A stretch of DNA of 63,020 bases, counting the filler, from Octopus bimaculoides (Eukaryota): assembly GCF_001194135.2 (NCBI RefSeq). It is 8 parts of 7 records of this genome, joined end to end, with 100 filler letters (N's around TTAATTAATTAA, not from the genome) between each part and the next. Parts side by side here need not be neighbours in the genome. Positions count along the whole stretch, not along the records: positions 1 to 24,679 come from NC_068996.1; positions 24,780 to 31,569 come from NC_068996.1; 6 more parts are not named here. One strand, given 5' to 3'. Of the stretch, positions 14,426 to 25,592 are shown piece by piece; position 1 is the stretch's first letter; each line of letters opens with the position of its first letter. The notes under the pieces were generated by a model. That model saw only the letters and a list, made by a program, of their open reading frames with translations. It did no database searches and had not been told where the DNA came from. Made by a program: the position numbers and the translations under genes.

Positions 14426-16321
14426 TATACACGTATATCACATGATTGTCACTTTCAGGCGTTTACAGTCACTGTTAGTATGTATCTATATAACTATGTT
14501 CATTGACTGCAGCATCTGTGCGTTTTAACTCTTATTTTTAGCATTGTAGGTGTTCTAACACCTTCAGTCATATTTAATAACAATTATTCAATAGTTTTCC
14601 TTTTTGGTGATACATTGCTAAACCGCTACCTAATTTAATTATATATATATTGAGATTATTTATATATATGTATATCTAGATTTCACTTAGACATAGAAAC
14701 TAATAACCTGGTGTTAGACCTTGATGTATATATGTTTCAGAAAAAAGTGTTGGTATAATACAGAGCATCAGACATTTTGTAAATAACAAAAGAACAAAGA
14801 TTTATGTTATGAAGTTCATTAGGTTACAGTTGTTTCTGCTGTTTGTTCCCTTGTCATTAATTTAAATTTTTATACTCATACGCATACACGTACATTCACT
14901 GATAATTAGTCTTGTCTAGAATCTTCTTCCATGAAACCTTTAGGCATAAAGAATTAATCTGGTTTGTCAACACATAAACTTTATATGTATATCTATGTGT
15001 ATGTGTTTGTACGTCTGTGCTTAATGTGTTGCATGTCTACATACATGTATGTATACATATATATGTTACACATATACATATTTCAATATAAATATATATA
15101 TTTATACATATACATATTTCGATATATATATATATATATATATATATANNNNNNNNNNNNNNNNNNNNNNNNNNNNNNNNNNNNNNNNNNNNNNNNNNNN
15201 NNNNNNNNNNNNNNNNNNNNNNNNNNNNNNNNNNNNNNNNNNNNNNNNNNNNNNNNNNNNNNNNNNNNNNNNNNNNNNNNNNNNNNNNNNNNNNNNNNNN
15301 NNNNNNNNNNNNNNNNNNNNNNNNNNNNNNNNNNNNNNNNNNNNNNNNNNNNNNNNNNNNNNNNNNNNNNNNNNNNNNNNNNNNNNNNNNNNNNNNNNNN
15401 NNNNNNNNNNNNNNNNNNNNNNNNNNNNNNNNNNNNNNNNNNNNNNNNNNNNNNNNNNNNNNNNNNNNNNNNNNNNNNNNNNNNNNNNNNNNNNNNNNNN
15501 NNNNNNNNNNNNNNNNNNNNNNNNNNNNNNNNNNNNNNNNNNNNNNNNNNNNNNNNNNNNNNNNNNNNNNNNNNNNNNNNNNNNNNNNNNNNNNNNNNNN
15601 NNNNNNNNNNNNNNNNNNNNNNNNNNNNNNNNNNNNNNNNNNNNNNNNNNNNNNNNNNNNNNNNNNNNNNNNNNNNNNNNNNNNNNNNNNNNNNNNNNNN
15701 NNNNNNNNNNNNNNNNNNNNNNNNNNNNNNNNNNNNNNNNNNNNNNNNNNNNNNNNNNNNNNNNNNNNNNNNNNNNNNNNNNNNNNNNNNNNNNNNNNNN
15801 NNNNNNNNNNNNNNNNNNNNNNNNNNNNNNNNNNNNNNNNNNNNNNNNNNNNNNNNNNNNNNNNNNNNNNNNNNNNNNNNNNNNNNNNNNNNNNNNNNNN
15901 NNNNNNNNNNNNNNNNNNNNNNNNNNNNNNNNNNNNNNNNNNNNNNNNNNNNNNNNNNNNNNNNNNNNNNNNNNNNNNNNNNNNNNNNNNNNNNNNNNNN
16001 NNNNNNNNNNNNNNNNNNNNNNNNNNNNNNNNNNNNNNNNNNNNNNNNGCATCCAGTTTGCACTAAAATATTATTTTAATACTTCAGAACTTTGCAATGT
16101 CAGATTCTGAAAATATCTGCAATTTTGGTGCAGTTCTTTGGCAAATACCTCAGAATGCTGCAATAATTGGATAAGCCAGTGATCAAAAAAATTTTTTTTT
16201 TTAATTTGCTACATCAGATCACTTATGTACTTAAAGAGAAAATTAAAGATGTTTGGGTGTGGTTATTGAGGATTTGGCTGTTGGTTACTTAGCAACAGTA
16301 TTCCTTTTTTGATGCACACAT

Positions 16322-16357
<36 letters not shown>

Positions 16358-16530
16358 CAGATCAACTTGTTCTATTTCCTTCCTCTCTCTACCTCTCTTT
16401 CAGTTGTATATATATATATATATGTGTGTGTACATCTATGTATATATAATGTTCATATATTATATATTTATACATAATATATGAATATATATCATGTTTG
16501 TACATATATATATATATATAATATATATAT

Positions 16531-16860
16531 ATCTGTAAAAATATGTGACACTTATTCAGTAGCCTTGATAAAACTCCGAGTTTCGGATGCCAGGGTGGGA
16601 ACCCACGCCGCCATCTCTTCAGTTATCCAGCCATTGAAAATTCCTGTCTTTTATAAATTACAGACGTTATTAAGTGTATGAGATGGCTTTATAAATGGCC
16701 GGATAACTAAAGAGATGGCGGCGTGGATTCCCACGGCGGCATCCAAAACTCGGAGTTTTATCATAGCTACCGAATAAGTGTCACATATATTTACAGATAA
16801 ATTCCTCTAATTACATAATATTGAGGTATCTTTCTTTCTTTTCTTGTCCTTCCTATCAAT
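16531..16860. mobile_element. (TA)n-embedded inverted-repeat element (arms about 100 bp, right arm extended about 60 bp), probably PLE-derived
   Basis: atctgtaaaaatatgtgacacttattcagtagcc...ctcttcagttatcc is mirrored by ggataactaaagag...gtcacatatatttacagat. Same family as 25591-26335. Confidence 0.85.
16567..16627 (-). ncRNA. Type I hammerhead ribozyme motif with canonical core
   Basis: GATAA-CTGAAGA-GATG(22 nt)CATC-C-GAAA-CTCGGAG-TT-TTATC. Helix I GATAA/TTATC, core CUGAAGA, helix II GAUG/CAUC, near-palindromic helix III ACTC-G-GAGT, GUU cleavage triplet. Confidence 0.75.
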
Positions 16861-18352
16861 ATNNNNNNNNNNNNNNNNNNNNNNNNNNNNNNNNNNNNNN
16901 NNNNNNNNNNNNNNNNNNNNNNNNNNNNNNNNNNNNNNNNNNNNNNNNNNNNNNNNNNNNNNNNNNNNNNNNNNNNNNNNNNNNNNNNNNNNNNNNNNNN
17001 NNNNTATATATATATATATATATATATATATGGTAAATGAAAGATAGAAGATGGGATATACAAGAGTTTTTATTAAGTATGATGATTGTGTTGACACATC
17101 TAGCATTGATCCCTCACAGGTGTGACACTTAACTGGTTCAGGAATATCCGGTGGTGCAGATGTGTCTCATCTGGTGATGAATAGATATGTGTGTGTGTGT
17201 GTGTGTGTGTTACGTACATACTGTGTGCATGCATATGTATGTGATTTTGTATGTATGAATATATGTATCTTTATATTACACATATAGGGACTTCAAGTTT
17301 TATGCCTGTATGCATAAAATTGTGTTCTTTTAATGCTATTATTTATAAACACCTCCGAAGGAAGAGAGAAATATAAGAGATATATATCACCATAGCCTAA
17401 AATTTCTTTATCACTCATTTTTTTTTCATTCTTTTAACCAATATCTTGGAATCATTGAAGAACAACAATAGCAACAAAAATGTAATTTTATATTTTTTCT
17501 TTGCATAAATATTTTCTTTTTTTTTATTAAAAAAAATAGTGTGTTTTTTTTTTCCTTTTTTTAATTAAAAAAAAAAATTTTTTTTTTAAAATTTGTTATT
17601 TTCAATTTGATTTAATTGTGGAAAGAGAAATCTAATGATACGAATGAGGGGAAAATTTTTTTGACGTCTCCCGAAATGTGAAAGAAAAAAAATAAAAGAA
17701 AAAGAAACAAAAATATACAAATAAAAACTTCAAAGAATGTACCTGAAATAATTTCACATCCCTCTGTGTACACAAGTTAAAATAAATACAAAACGTTTAA
17801 AAACCATTCTCTTTCAAATTCTTACTTATTTTCTCAATTTTGTTTCGTGTTAACATACTCCCCCTTTTATCTTCATTGTCATCATTAGTGTTTTAACATC
17901 TATTTTTCCGTGCAGGCATGGGTCAGATGGAATTCGTTTTTCTGCCTGGATGCTATTGCTGTTGCCTATCCTTACTTGTTTCAACATAGAGTAACAGATT
18001 TCCATATCCAGACATGTTCTTGCAGAAGGTTGGCAACAAAGGACACTGTCTGTATGATGGAGATGTTAGTTTATAACCACCATATGATTCCAAGACAAAG
18101 AGACATAAATAAACACAGTCGCCTTTGTACACACACATGCATGCATACATACACACACGCACATCTATATATAGACACATGACAGGTTTGCTTCATCCTC
18201 CACCCACCAAATTCATTCACAAAGCCCTGGAAGGCTCCAAGGCTACAGTAGAAGATGCCTGAGGTGCCACACACACTGGGACCACATCTGAAACCAAGGA
18301 ATGTCACACACACATTGACATATATTAAAACCTGTCACAAACATATTGTGCA

Positions 18353-18557
18353 GTTCTATATTTAAGAGATGAGGAATTATGTACATTATTTACATTAATT
18401 ATATTTGACGGATATTTGTTCTCATCTTGTTTGTTGTTAACACAACGTTTCAGCTGATATACCCTCCAGCCTTCGTCAGGTGTTTTGGGGAAATTTTGAA
18501 CCTGGGTTTTCATTACTAAGACATTTTTCTATGTTGTCATTATTATTATTATTATTA

Positions 18558-18602
<45 letters not shown>

Positions 18603-18880
18603 TCACTGCCTAGAATCGAATTAGAAATTTTGGGGTTAGTAGCCCGCACTCTTAATCACTATGCCACGAGCATATGGTGTATTGGTTAAGAGCACGGGCT
18701 ACTAAGCCCAAGATTCTGAGTTCTATTCCAGGCAGTGACCTGAATAATAATAATAATAACATTGAAAAATACCTTAGGAATGAGAACCCAGGTTTGAAAT
18801 TTCCCCAAGAAACCTGATGAAGGCTGTTGTGTTAACAACAAACAAGATGAGGACAAATATCTATCAAATGTAAATAATGT
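18353..18880. mobile_element. Head-to-head foldback dimer of a tRNA-headed, HHR-containing non-autonomous retroelement with a 14-bp flanking direct repeat
   Basis: 18351-18666 (-) and 18675-18880 (+) are inverted copies. AAACATATTGTGCA occurs at 18339-18352 and 18881-18894. Confidence 0.85.
18439..18484 (-). ncRNA. Minimal type I hammerhead ribozyme motif
   Basis: AACAC-CTGACGA-AGGCTG(GAGGGTATAT)CAGCT-GAAAC-GTT-GTGTT. Helix I AACAC/GTGTT, canonical core, palindromic AACGTT helix III (dimer type). Confidence 0.75.
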
Positions 18881-19054
18881 AAACATATTGTGCATTGTCA
18901 TTATAGAACTAAATAGTTTCCCTGATTCATTGTGTGATATTATAAATCTCATTTACATTGAAGCTCTCTAAGTATGTACAATTTATATGTATAGTTTATA
19001 GTTCATTCTCCTCACCTTTTAAATAACATTACTTTCCCAGTCAGTGTAGACAAT

Positions 19055-19270
19055 GGAAGCATGTGGCTTAGTGGTTAAGGTGTTGGGCTCATGAGCATAA
19101 GATTGTGATTTCAATTCATGGACTGGGCAGTGTGTTGTGTTCTTGAGCAAAATGTGCTCCAGTCCACTCAGCTGGCAAAAGTGACAGACTAGTGTCCCAT
19201 CCAGGGGTAAATACATACACCATAGAAGCCAGGAAAGTGGCCCCATGAGTCTATATGACTCAGGAAGGAG
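19055..19270 (+). mobile_element. tRNA-derived SINE (family D, internally deleted)
   Basis: TGGCTTAGTGG A box, GATTTCAATTC B-box-like, then GTGTTGTGTTCTTGAGCAA. Confidence 0.75.
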
Positions 19271-19810
19271 AAGTCTTTTTTTTTTCAGCTTTAATGTAGA
19301 CAGCCAGATTAAACAAGTTATTGAATGTAATCCTTTAAATACAAAGAAACAAGTTTAGTAAGACTAGAGTGATGAAGAGAAACAGAATGGGTAGCCATCA
19401 AGGAGGGTTAGGGTTCATCACCCCTCCTTGTCACCCACTAATGATCTCATTCAGAAGAAACACCTAAAGTATTCATTACTAGAATTATCAAGAAAGGCGG
19501 CGAGCTGGCAGAATCGTTAGCACTCTGGGCGAAATGCTTAGCGGTATTTCGCCTGTCGCTACGTTCTGAGTTCAAATTCCGCCGATGTTGACTTAGCCTT
19601 TCATCCTTTTGGGGTTGATTAAATAAGTACCAGTTACGCACTGGGGTCGATGTAATTAACTTAATCCCTTTGTCTGTCCTTGTTTGTCCCCTCTATATTT
19701 AGCCCCTTGTGGGCAATAAAGAAATAAGAATTGATAAAGTTCAGGGGTATTCTCAAAATTCTGAGGCATCATTTGTTTGGGAGGTTCAGATACTGTGGGT
19801 TTAGTTAATT

Positions 19811-20007
19811 ACTTGCAGGGACACTGTATTTCGTTATGCAACCATAATTCACTACAAAGTATATTAAACATTTTATAAGTCAATACTGTAATAAGTCAAT
19901 AGCAATAACACTGCTAACATAGTAGGACATAGTATTGACTCATAAAACATTTAATATTCTTTGTAGTATATTATAGTTGCATAACAAAATACAGTGTCCC
20001 TACAAGT
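19811..20007. mobile_element. MITE-like element with about 75-bp imperfect terminal inverted repeats
   Basis: acttgcaggggacactgtatttcgttatgcaacc...aagtcaatact mirrors agtattgactc...gttgcataacaaaatacagtgtccctacaagt. Confidence 0.8.
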
Positions 20008-20948
20008 GATATGTATGTACCAGCTGTTAGGAATGTGCTTTATATGTAAAATTGGTATATCCAGTAACATTACACTACTATATTTAGTGGCAATTTAAGC
20101 ATTGAGTTTGTGGATGGGTACTGAGGAAAGAGCAAGAATTCCTGAAATATGTATATACACCTAGTACCTATTTTTCCATTCTCCTTGTTTATATTAGATT
20201 TATTCAGACATGAAACATTGTAACAAATCAGTGCTGGCTTTAATTTCTATAAAAAAAATCTATAGAGATAACCTTAACTGTGGGTTTAGGTACAAGATTG
20301 GAAGAGAAAGACATCACTACAAGGATCAGGGCATCTTAATGACACAGTAGACTTCCTATCATCAGAGAACATGGCATCTGCAAAGTGATGATTCATATTC
20401 AGGAGTTCCACTTCCTCTGCTGAAGGTTTGTATTTATTCTGTTGGTTGTAACATTTCAGAAATATTGTGTTACCAAGAGAAGAATGTCATAAAGGGATGA
20501 GTCACCTACTGAAATATTTATGCTGATTGTAAGAGAAAAGTTTTCAGTGTGGCATGTAACTTGTTGAAGATGAGAGAGAATGGATTGAATAGAGTGCATT
20601 GGGATGAACTAGTTCCCATTCTGAGGGTTTCAAGTTTTGTGATATGAGGGCCAGTAATATTGTTCATTCCCTTGTAGATTGTCAGGAGTAATTCTGTTTG
20701 TAGTTATACAGTGCTCATGCAAGAATTATTGTAAATTCTTCAAGAGGAAATGTATACCGCTATCAGAATAGATATGTGATGGCATTTCAAAAATTGAGAA
20801 GTTTTGATAAGCACTTTATAATAGTTTTGGCCATCGTATCTGCTCCAAGAAAGGCAAAAGAGAACCTCAAGAATTCATTCATGAAGTCAGCAAATAGCTT
20901 CTTTTTTTTTAAGTTTAGGGGAAAGGCCCCTTAAAATCAAGACCTAGT

Positions 20949-21117
20949 TAGAGCCACCTTAGCAGCATTGTTGGCCCCTGGACAAATTAATGCAGTGGGT
21001 CCTACAATATTTATTCATTGACAGTAAGCCACAACACACACAGGTCAAAATTGGGCCCCTAGACTTGTGGAGTCGCTGGAAAACTGCCTTCTGTGTACAT
21101 GCCCTAAGCTGGCCCTG
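20949..21117. mobile_element. Harbinger/PIF-like MITE remnant
   Basis: Left end tagagccaccttagc matches the reverse complement of the right end (cagggccagcttaggg). Internal ggcccc motifs. Confidence 0.45.
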
Positions 21118-21169
21118 GGTCTAGTCTCTCAAAGGCCTGAGTAACCTTTATTACATGAGCAGGTAAAAA

Positions 21170-21542
21170 AAAGAGTAAAGACTCCTTCATCCATGAATAA
21201 TCTAGAAAGCTCCACTCCGTGGCACAAGTATGGGCAAGATTGCTTATGGAAGACCAGCAGTTTCCCATGCATACAAGCCTCCCCTCTCTACGCCACTAAT
21301 GTTATCCAAGGGGAAAGACAAGGGCTGATACAGCTTGGCACCAGTGATGTCGCTACGCATTTCTACAGCTGAGTGAACTGGAGCAACATGAAATAAAGTG
21401 TCTTGCTCAAGAACACAACACATCCCAGTTCAGGAATTGAACTTATTACCTCGTGATTGTGAGCCTGACACTAACCACAGAGCCATGCACCTTCACTGAT
21501 TGTGAGCCCAATGCTCTAACCAGTGAGCCATGCGCCTTCACA
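21170..21542 (-). mobile_element. tRNA-derived SINE family D with duplicated head (other copies 38211-38545 on - and 39380-39535 on +)
   Basis: Minus strand begins GTGAAGGCGCATGGCTCACTGGTTAGAGC...; the head is present twice. Confidence 0.8.
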
Positions 21543-22571
21543 TGAGCAGGTATTATGTTATAAAACCTCAGCTTTATTTTAGTACATGTGGAAGATGTAG
21601 GGATCATTCATTTGATATTCTCTACTGACTAGAAAGATTTAAGGATGACATGAAAAGTCTGCAAGACTCACTTTGAGTGAAAATATAATCACCGATAATG
21701 GTCACTGTAACCTCATAGCACCAATTGTTTTGGCTACCCTTCCATCCCCATTACATAGTTTACACCTTTACAGTTGATACATTCTTTCTGAACCCTTAAA
21801 CAAAGAGTTTGGTTTGGAGGAGGATTACCTTGGCATTTATTAGCTCCTACAACAGTTACTTCTTTCCTATGGATTCTCTTTTAAAGCTACGGGGTTTTTA
21901 AAGAACTGTGAGATTATTAAACAAAGAAGTAAGTGGGACAGTGATAGTGGTGAAACCACAGATAGTCTCACCAAACAGAATGTTGACAAAAGACTTATGC
22001 CTAAGGATTTTTTTGTCTCTCAATGACATTACAGCAAAGATCAGGGATAACAGAGAATGTGATACACCCAAAATAAGTCATTTTAAAATTCTACACTGGC
22101 CTGATACACGTCAGTAAGGAGTAAGAGTGGTAGCTGCCATACATACATACATATATATATAGTAAATTCAAATTACGATGAACGTAAACAAACAAACGAA
22201 GTTTGCCTTTAGAAGCGTTGAGATGTCTTAGAAATTTAAAGAAGTGATTTTAAATTCTCAAACGCAGAATAATGCTCAAACACATTATCTTGTGCTATAT
22301 TATATATATAGATGAAATTTGGAGAAAAACAAAAGTTGAAGTCAGGTGTATGAACAACAAGCAGGTGTATTAGTTTGATGCTCAGGAAAATGAAACGTGA
22401 AAAAGTCTTTTACATTTCAAGTCTATGCTCTTCAACAGAAAGGAATAAGAGAAAAAAAAAAAAAACAGAGAGAGAATGAAAAAAACCTAGAGATTTAGCA
22501 GTCAAGCATGGCAACTGATTAGAAAATGAGTTTGAGAGAAGAGGTTGTATGTGTATATATATATATATATA

Positions 22572-22742
22572 TCATCATCATTCTCATCAGCATTGTTTAA
22601 TGTTCGTTTTCCATGCTAGCATGGGTTGGATGATCTGACTGAGGACTGGTGAACCAGATGGCTGCACCAGGCTCCAATCTGATCTGGCAGAGTTTCTACA
22701 GCTGGATGCCCTTCCTAACGCCAACCATTCTGAGAGTGTAGT
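22572..22742 (-). mobile_element. RTE LINE 3' terminus (other copies 24508-24679, 28852-29005, 29300-29810, 31338-31569, 52003-52198)
   Basis: (CAT)n-CGTTTAACGTCCGCTTTCCATGCTAGCATGGGTTGGACG...CTGGATGCCCTTCCTAACGCC, at least six copies. The RTE assignment is from recollection of the family. Confidence 0.75.
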
Positions 22743-22814
22743 ATATATATATGCACACACACACAAATGTATATATACTTACATAAATGCATACATAAAT
22801 CTATATATGTATAT

Positions 22815-22988
22815 AGGGAGAATTCACAAAAAAGCAAAAGACGAAGACAGGTGGTGTAGAAAACACACAGATGTATTATTTTAACGCTCAGGAAGTGAAA
22901 AAGTTTTTAACGTTTCGAGCCTACGCTCTTCCACAGAAAGGAACACAGAAAGAAACAAGGAGAGAAAATAAAGAATGTGTAGTGGCTC
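22815..22988 (-). mobile_element. (TA)n-flanked short repeat with HHR-like motif, putative PLE pseudo-LTR (other copies 22320-22505 -, 37061-37240 +, 57170-57348 -, related copy 62700-62900 -)
   Basis: Four copies share GTTCCTTTCTGTNGAAGAGCGTAGGCTCGAAACGTWAAA...TTCCYGAGC with divergence. Confidence 0.7.
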
Positions 22989-23017
22989 TGTATATATATG
23001 TATATATATATATATGT

Positions 23018-23210
23018 ATATGCTTTATTTAAAAGCAGCAGAAATATAACAAAAAAACTGTTACTCTGAGTTTCACGTTCCCGTTCATCGAACAGTTTTG
23101 TTCAATGAACGGGAACGTGAAACTCAGAGTAACAGTTTTTTGGTTATATTTCTGCTGCTTTTAAATAAAGCATATTACTCTACCTCTGGCATGTGCTTAC
23201 TCCAGTATAT
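23018..23210. mobile_element. Near-perfect foldback (about 77-bp arms) with an HHR-like motif in each arm and a roughly 35-bp extension on the right
   Basis: atatgctttatttaaaagcagcagaaatataac...gttcatcgaaca is mirrored by tgttcaatgaac...taaagcatat. The minus arm reads AAAACTGT-TCGATGA-ACG(GGAA)CGT-GAAA-CTCAGAG-TA-ACAGTTTT. Confidence 0.8.
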
Positions 23211-23845
23211 ATATGTATATATATATAGATTCAGATGAATATGGTACTTAAGTTGAGGCACCAGAATTTAGTATGGTATTATCCATACAATTTCAAAATA
23301 AGGTGATTAAAATCAAAATAAGCAACAAGGATGGGGATTTTAGGTTAAATTATACTAATGTGCCCNNNNNNNNNNNNNNNNNNNNNNNNNNNNNNNNNNN
23401 NNNNNNNNNNNNNNNNNNNNNNNNNNNNNNNNNNNNNNNNNNNNNNNNNNNNNNNNNNNNNNNNNNNNNNNNNNNNNNNNNNNNNNNNNNNNNNNNNNNN
23501 NNNNNNNNNNNNNNNNNNNNNNNNNNNNNNNNNNNNNNNNNNNNNNNNNNNNNNNNNNNNNNNNNNNNNNNNNNNNNNNNNNNNNNNNNNNNNNNNNNNN
23601 NNNNNNNNNNNNNNNNNNNNNNNNNNNNNNNNNNNNNNNNNNNNNNNNNNNNNNNNNNNNNNNNNNNNNNNNNNNNNNNATATACACACACAATGGGTTC
23701 TTTCATCCACTAACAAGACTTTGGTAAGCTTGGAGCTATAGTAGAAGACACCTAATCTGCCACACAGAAAGAATGAGCCCAGAACAATTTAGTTGGGAGG
23801 CAAACTTAATCACACAGCCATGTCTCTTTCTGTATGTGTAGACAT

Positions 23846-23885
<40 letters not shown>

Positions 23886-23999
23886 GGGAGAGGTGAGGAG
23901 GATGACATCAATGGGCAGGAAGCAGGAGGCATGGTCCCGGCATTAGCTGCATGGGCAGAGGCGAGTATACCGTGTGTGTGTGTGTGTGAATGAATGAAC

Positions 24000-24480
24000 A
24001 AACAGATCAGCTTCTGCCATTCAGCAATGCATACAATACAAGTGAGCACATGACCTCCAGCAAATGAGTAAGAGGGTGAGAGTTGCGACTGCTGAGGTGT
24101 GAGGTGGAGTGTGATGATGACAGCGAAGGTGAGGGCACTCAAGTGCGGACAGACAAGGTGGCAGGGGCAGTACATTGGTGATTTGCCAGTCTTGTAGGGT
24201 CAAGAGGTATGTACCCACATGGTTGGTTGCTAGGCAGAATAGAGAAATGAGAACAGCCCTTCCACACGACCACCTCATCCGAACATGTGCAACTTGTGGA
24301 AAGGTGTGTCTTTCAGTTGAGGGATTGAAAAATGATGTTAAAAGAATTCATACTGTGCTACCTGTTCCCTCTGCCAGCCAGCACAGCTGTGAATTAGGCA
24401 ATAAAATGTGTAAATCTTTGGCCAGGTTCGAGTCATCAAGGATCTCACATTACATCATGAATGACTCATTTCAATGATTC
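24000..24480 (+). pseudogene. RTE-type LINE C-terminal remnant with zinc-finger-like motif
   Basis: TCATCGKVCLSVEGLKNDVKRIH resembles the RTE C-terminal motif CxxC...S..GL..H...H. Confidence 0.55.
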
Positions 24481-24506
24481 TTTCTAGCAATGGCTTTGCT
24501 TGCATA

Positions 24507-24537
<31 letters not shown>

Positions 24538-24723
24538 GTTTAACGTCCGCTTTCCATGCTAGCATGGGTTGGACGATTTGACTGAGGACTGGTGAAACCG
24601 GATGGCAACACCAGGCTCCAGTCTGATTTGGCAGAGTTTCTACAGCTGGATGCCCTTCCTAACGCCAACCACTCAGAGANNNNNNNNNNNNNNNNNNNNN
24701 NNNNNNNNNNNNNNNNNNNNNNN

Positions 24724-24735
24724 TTAATTAATTAA
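24724..24735. other. Assembly linker TTAATTAATTAA inside N gaps (also near 31614, 36675, 40578, 50056, 52263, 60973)
   Basis: An identical 12-mer is always flanked by N runs on both sides and gives stops in all six frames. Confidence 0.9.
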
Positions 24736-25357
24736 NNNNNNNNNNNNNNNNNNNNNNNNNNNNNNNNNNNNNNNNNNNNTACCAGTCCCCAAGCCTAGGT
24801 CTCTGCTTGATCCAATTACCAACGTCCGTTAAGGACGTTAATTGCGGAAGGTAGAACTGGACATGCGGTGACCACACCTGCTCTCCATTCAGGTAAAGCT
24901 AAAGGTGCCTCAACCTTAACGCGAATTTTCACATCCTCAGCCAAGGCATCCCTAGCCCACCCTTTAGCGGTTTCTGGCAGCAGACAGAGCGCTTCACAAG
25001 TGGCTTTCCTCCCTTCCACAAAAAGCGGAAAAGGATTCTTTCCAACTTGTTCAGTCACAAATCGGGGCAAGGCACCAGCCATTCCTGCACCCTTACAAAC
25101 ACATTGATGCATCAGCGAGGATATATATATATATATATATATTACTTCATATGTAAACAAACATAAGTTTGTTTTTAAAGTGTTGAAATGTATTGTAGAA
25201 CAAGTAGGGAGATATATTTTTCAACACATAAATACTGAACAGTATATATAAAGGTTCCACAATACATTTCAATGCTTCAGAAACGAACTTATTTACATAT
25301 GATGTAATCTATATGACATCTAGCATTTCTAGATTATTTTATAACTTCTAAAATTTC

Positions 25358-25462
25358 AGAAAAATTTGTTGGTCAGCAGTTTAGCTTAGAGGTAAGCCCT
25401 CTAACTGGATATTAGTGGGGTGAGAGTTCAATTCTCATGGCTGGTTGCCGACAAATGTTTCT
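25358..25462 (+). pseudogene. tRNA-like pseudogene or SINE head inside short inverted arms
   Basis: A-box-like TAGCTTAGAGG and B-box-like GAGTTCAATTC. D arm GCTT/AAGC, 7-nt loop CTGGATA, T-arm-like TGAGA/TCTCA. Confidence 0.5.
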
Positions 25463-25551
25463 GCTCTTAAAAGGATTTTATCCTATATATATATATATAT
25501 ATATATACTGTCCAATATTTACACATTGAAAATATATCTTTCTACTTGTTC

Positions 25552-25590
<39 letters not shown>

Positions 25591-25592
<2 letters not shown>

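Noticed and set aside
17060-17170. Protein-like frame SAPPDIPEPVKCHTCEGSMLDV on the minus strand
   Set aside because: There is an in-frame stop just upstream and the only usable acceptor is a GAG; no good donor.
18675-18745. tRNA head as a functional tRNA gene
   Set aside because: There is no acceptor stem, the ACT anticodon is atypical, and it is part of a repeat.
24724-24735. Recurrent TTAATTAATTAA as a biological motif or CRISPR-like repeat
   Set aside because: It is always embedded between N runs, so it is an assembly spacer. No repeat-spacer array exists in the window.
24816-25120. GC-rich 114-aa minus-strand ORF
   Set aside because: The start lies in a (TA)n tract, with no clear splice sites or recognisable motif. 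It is probably a retroelement fragment but cannot be classified. The nearby hairpin plus CTAG is too far apart for a Helitron end.
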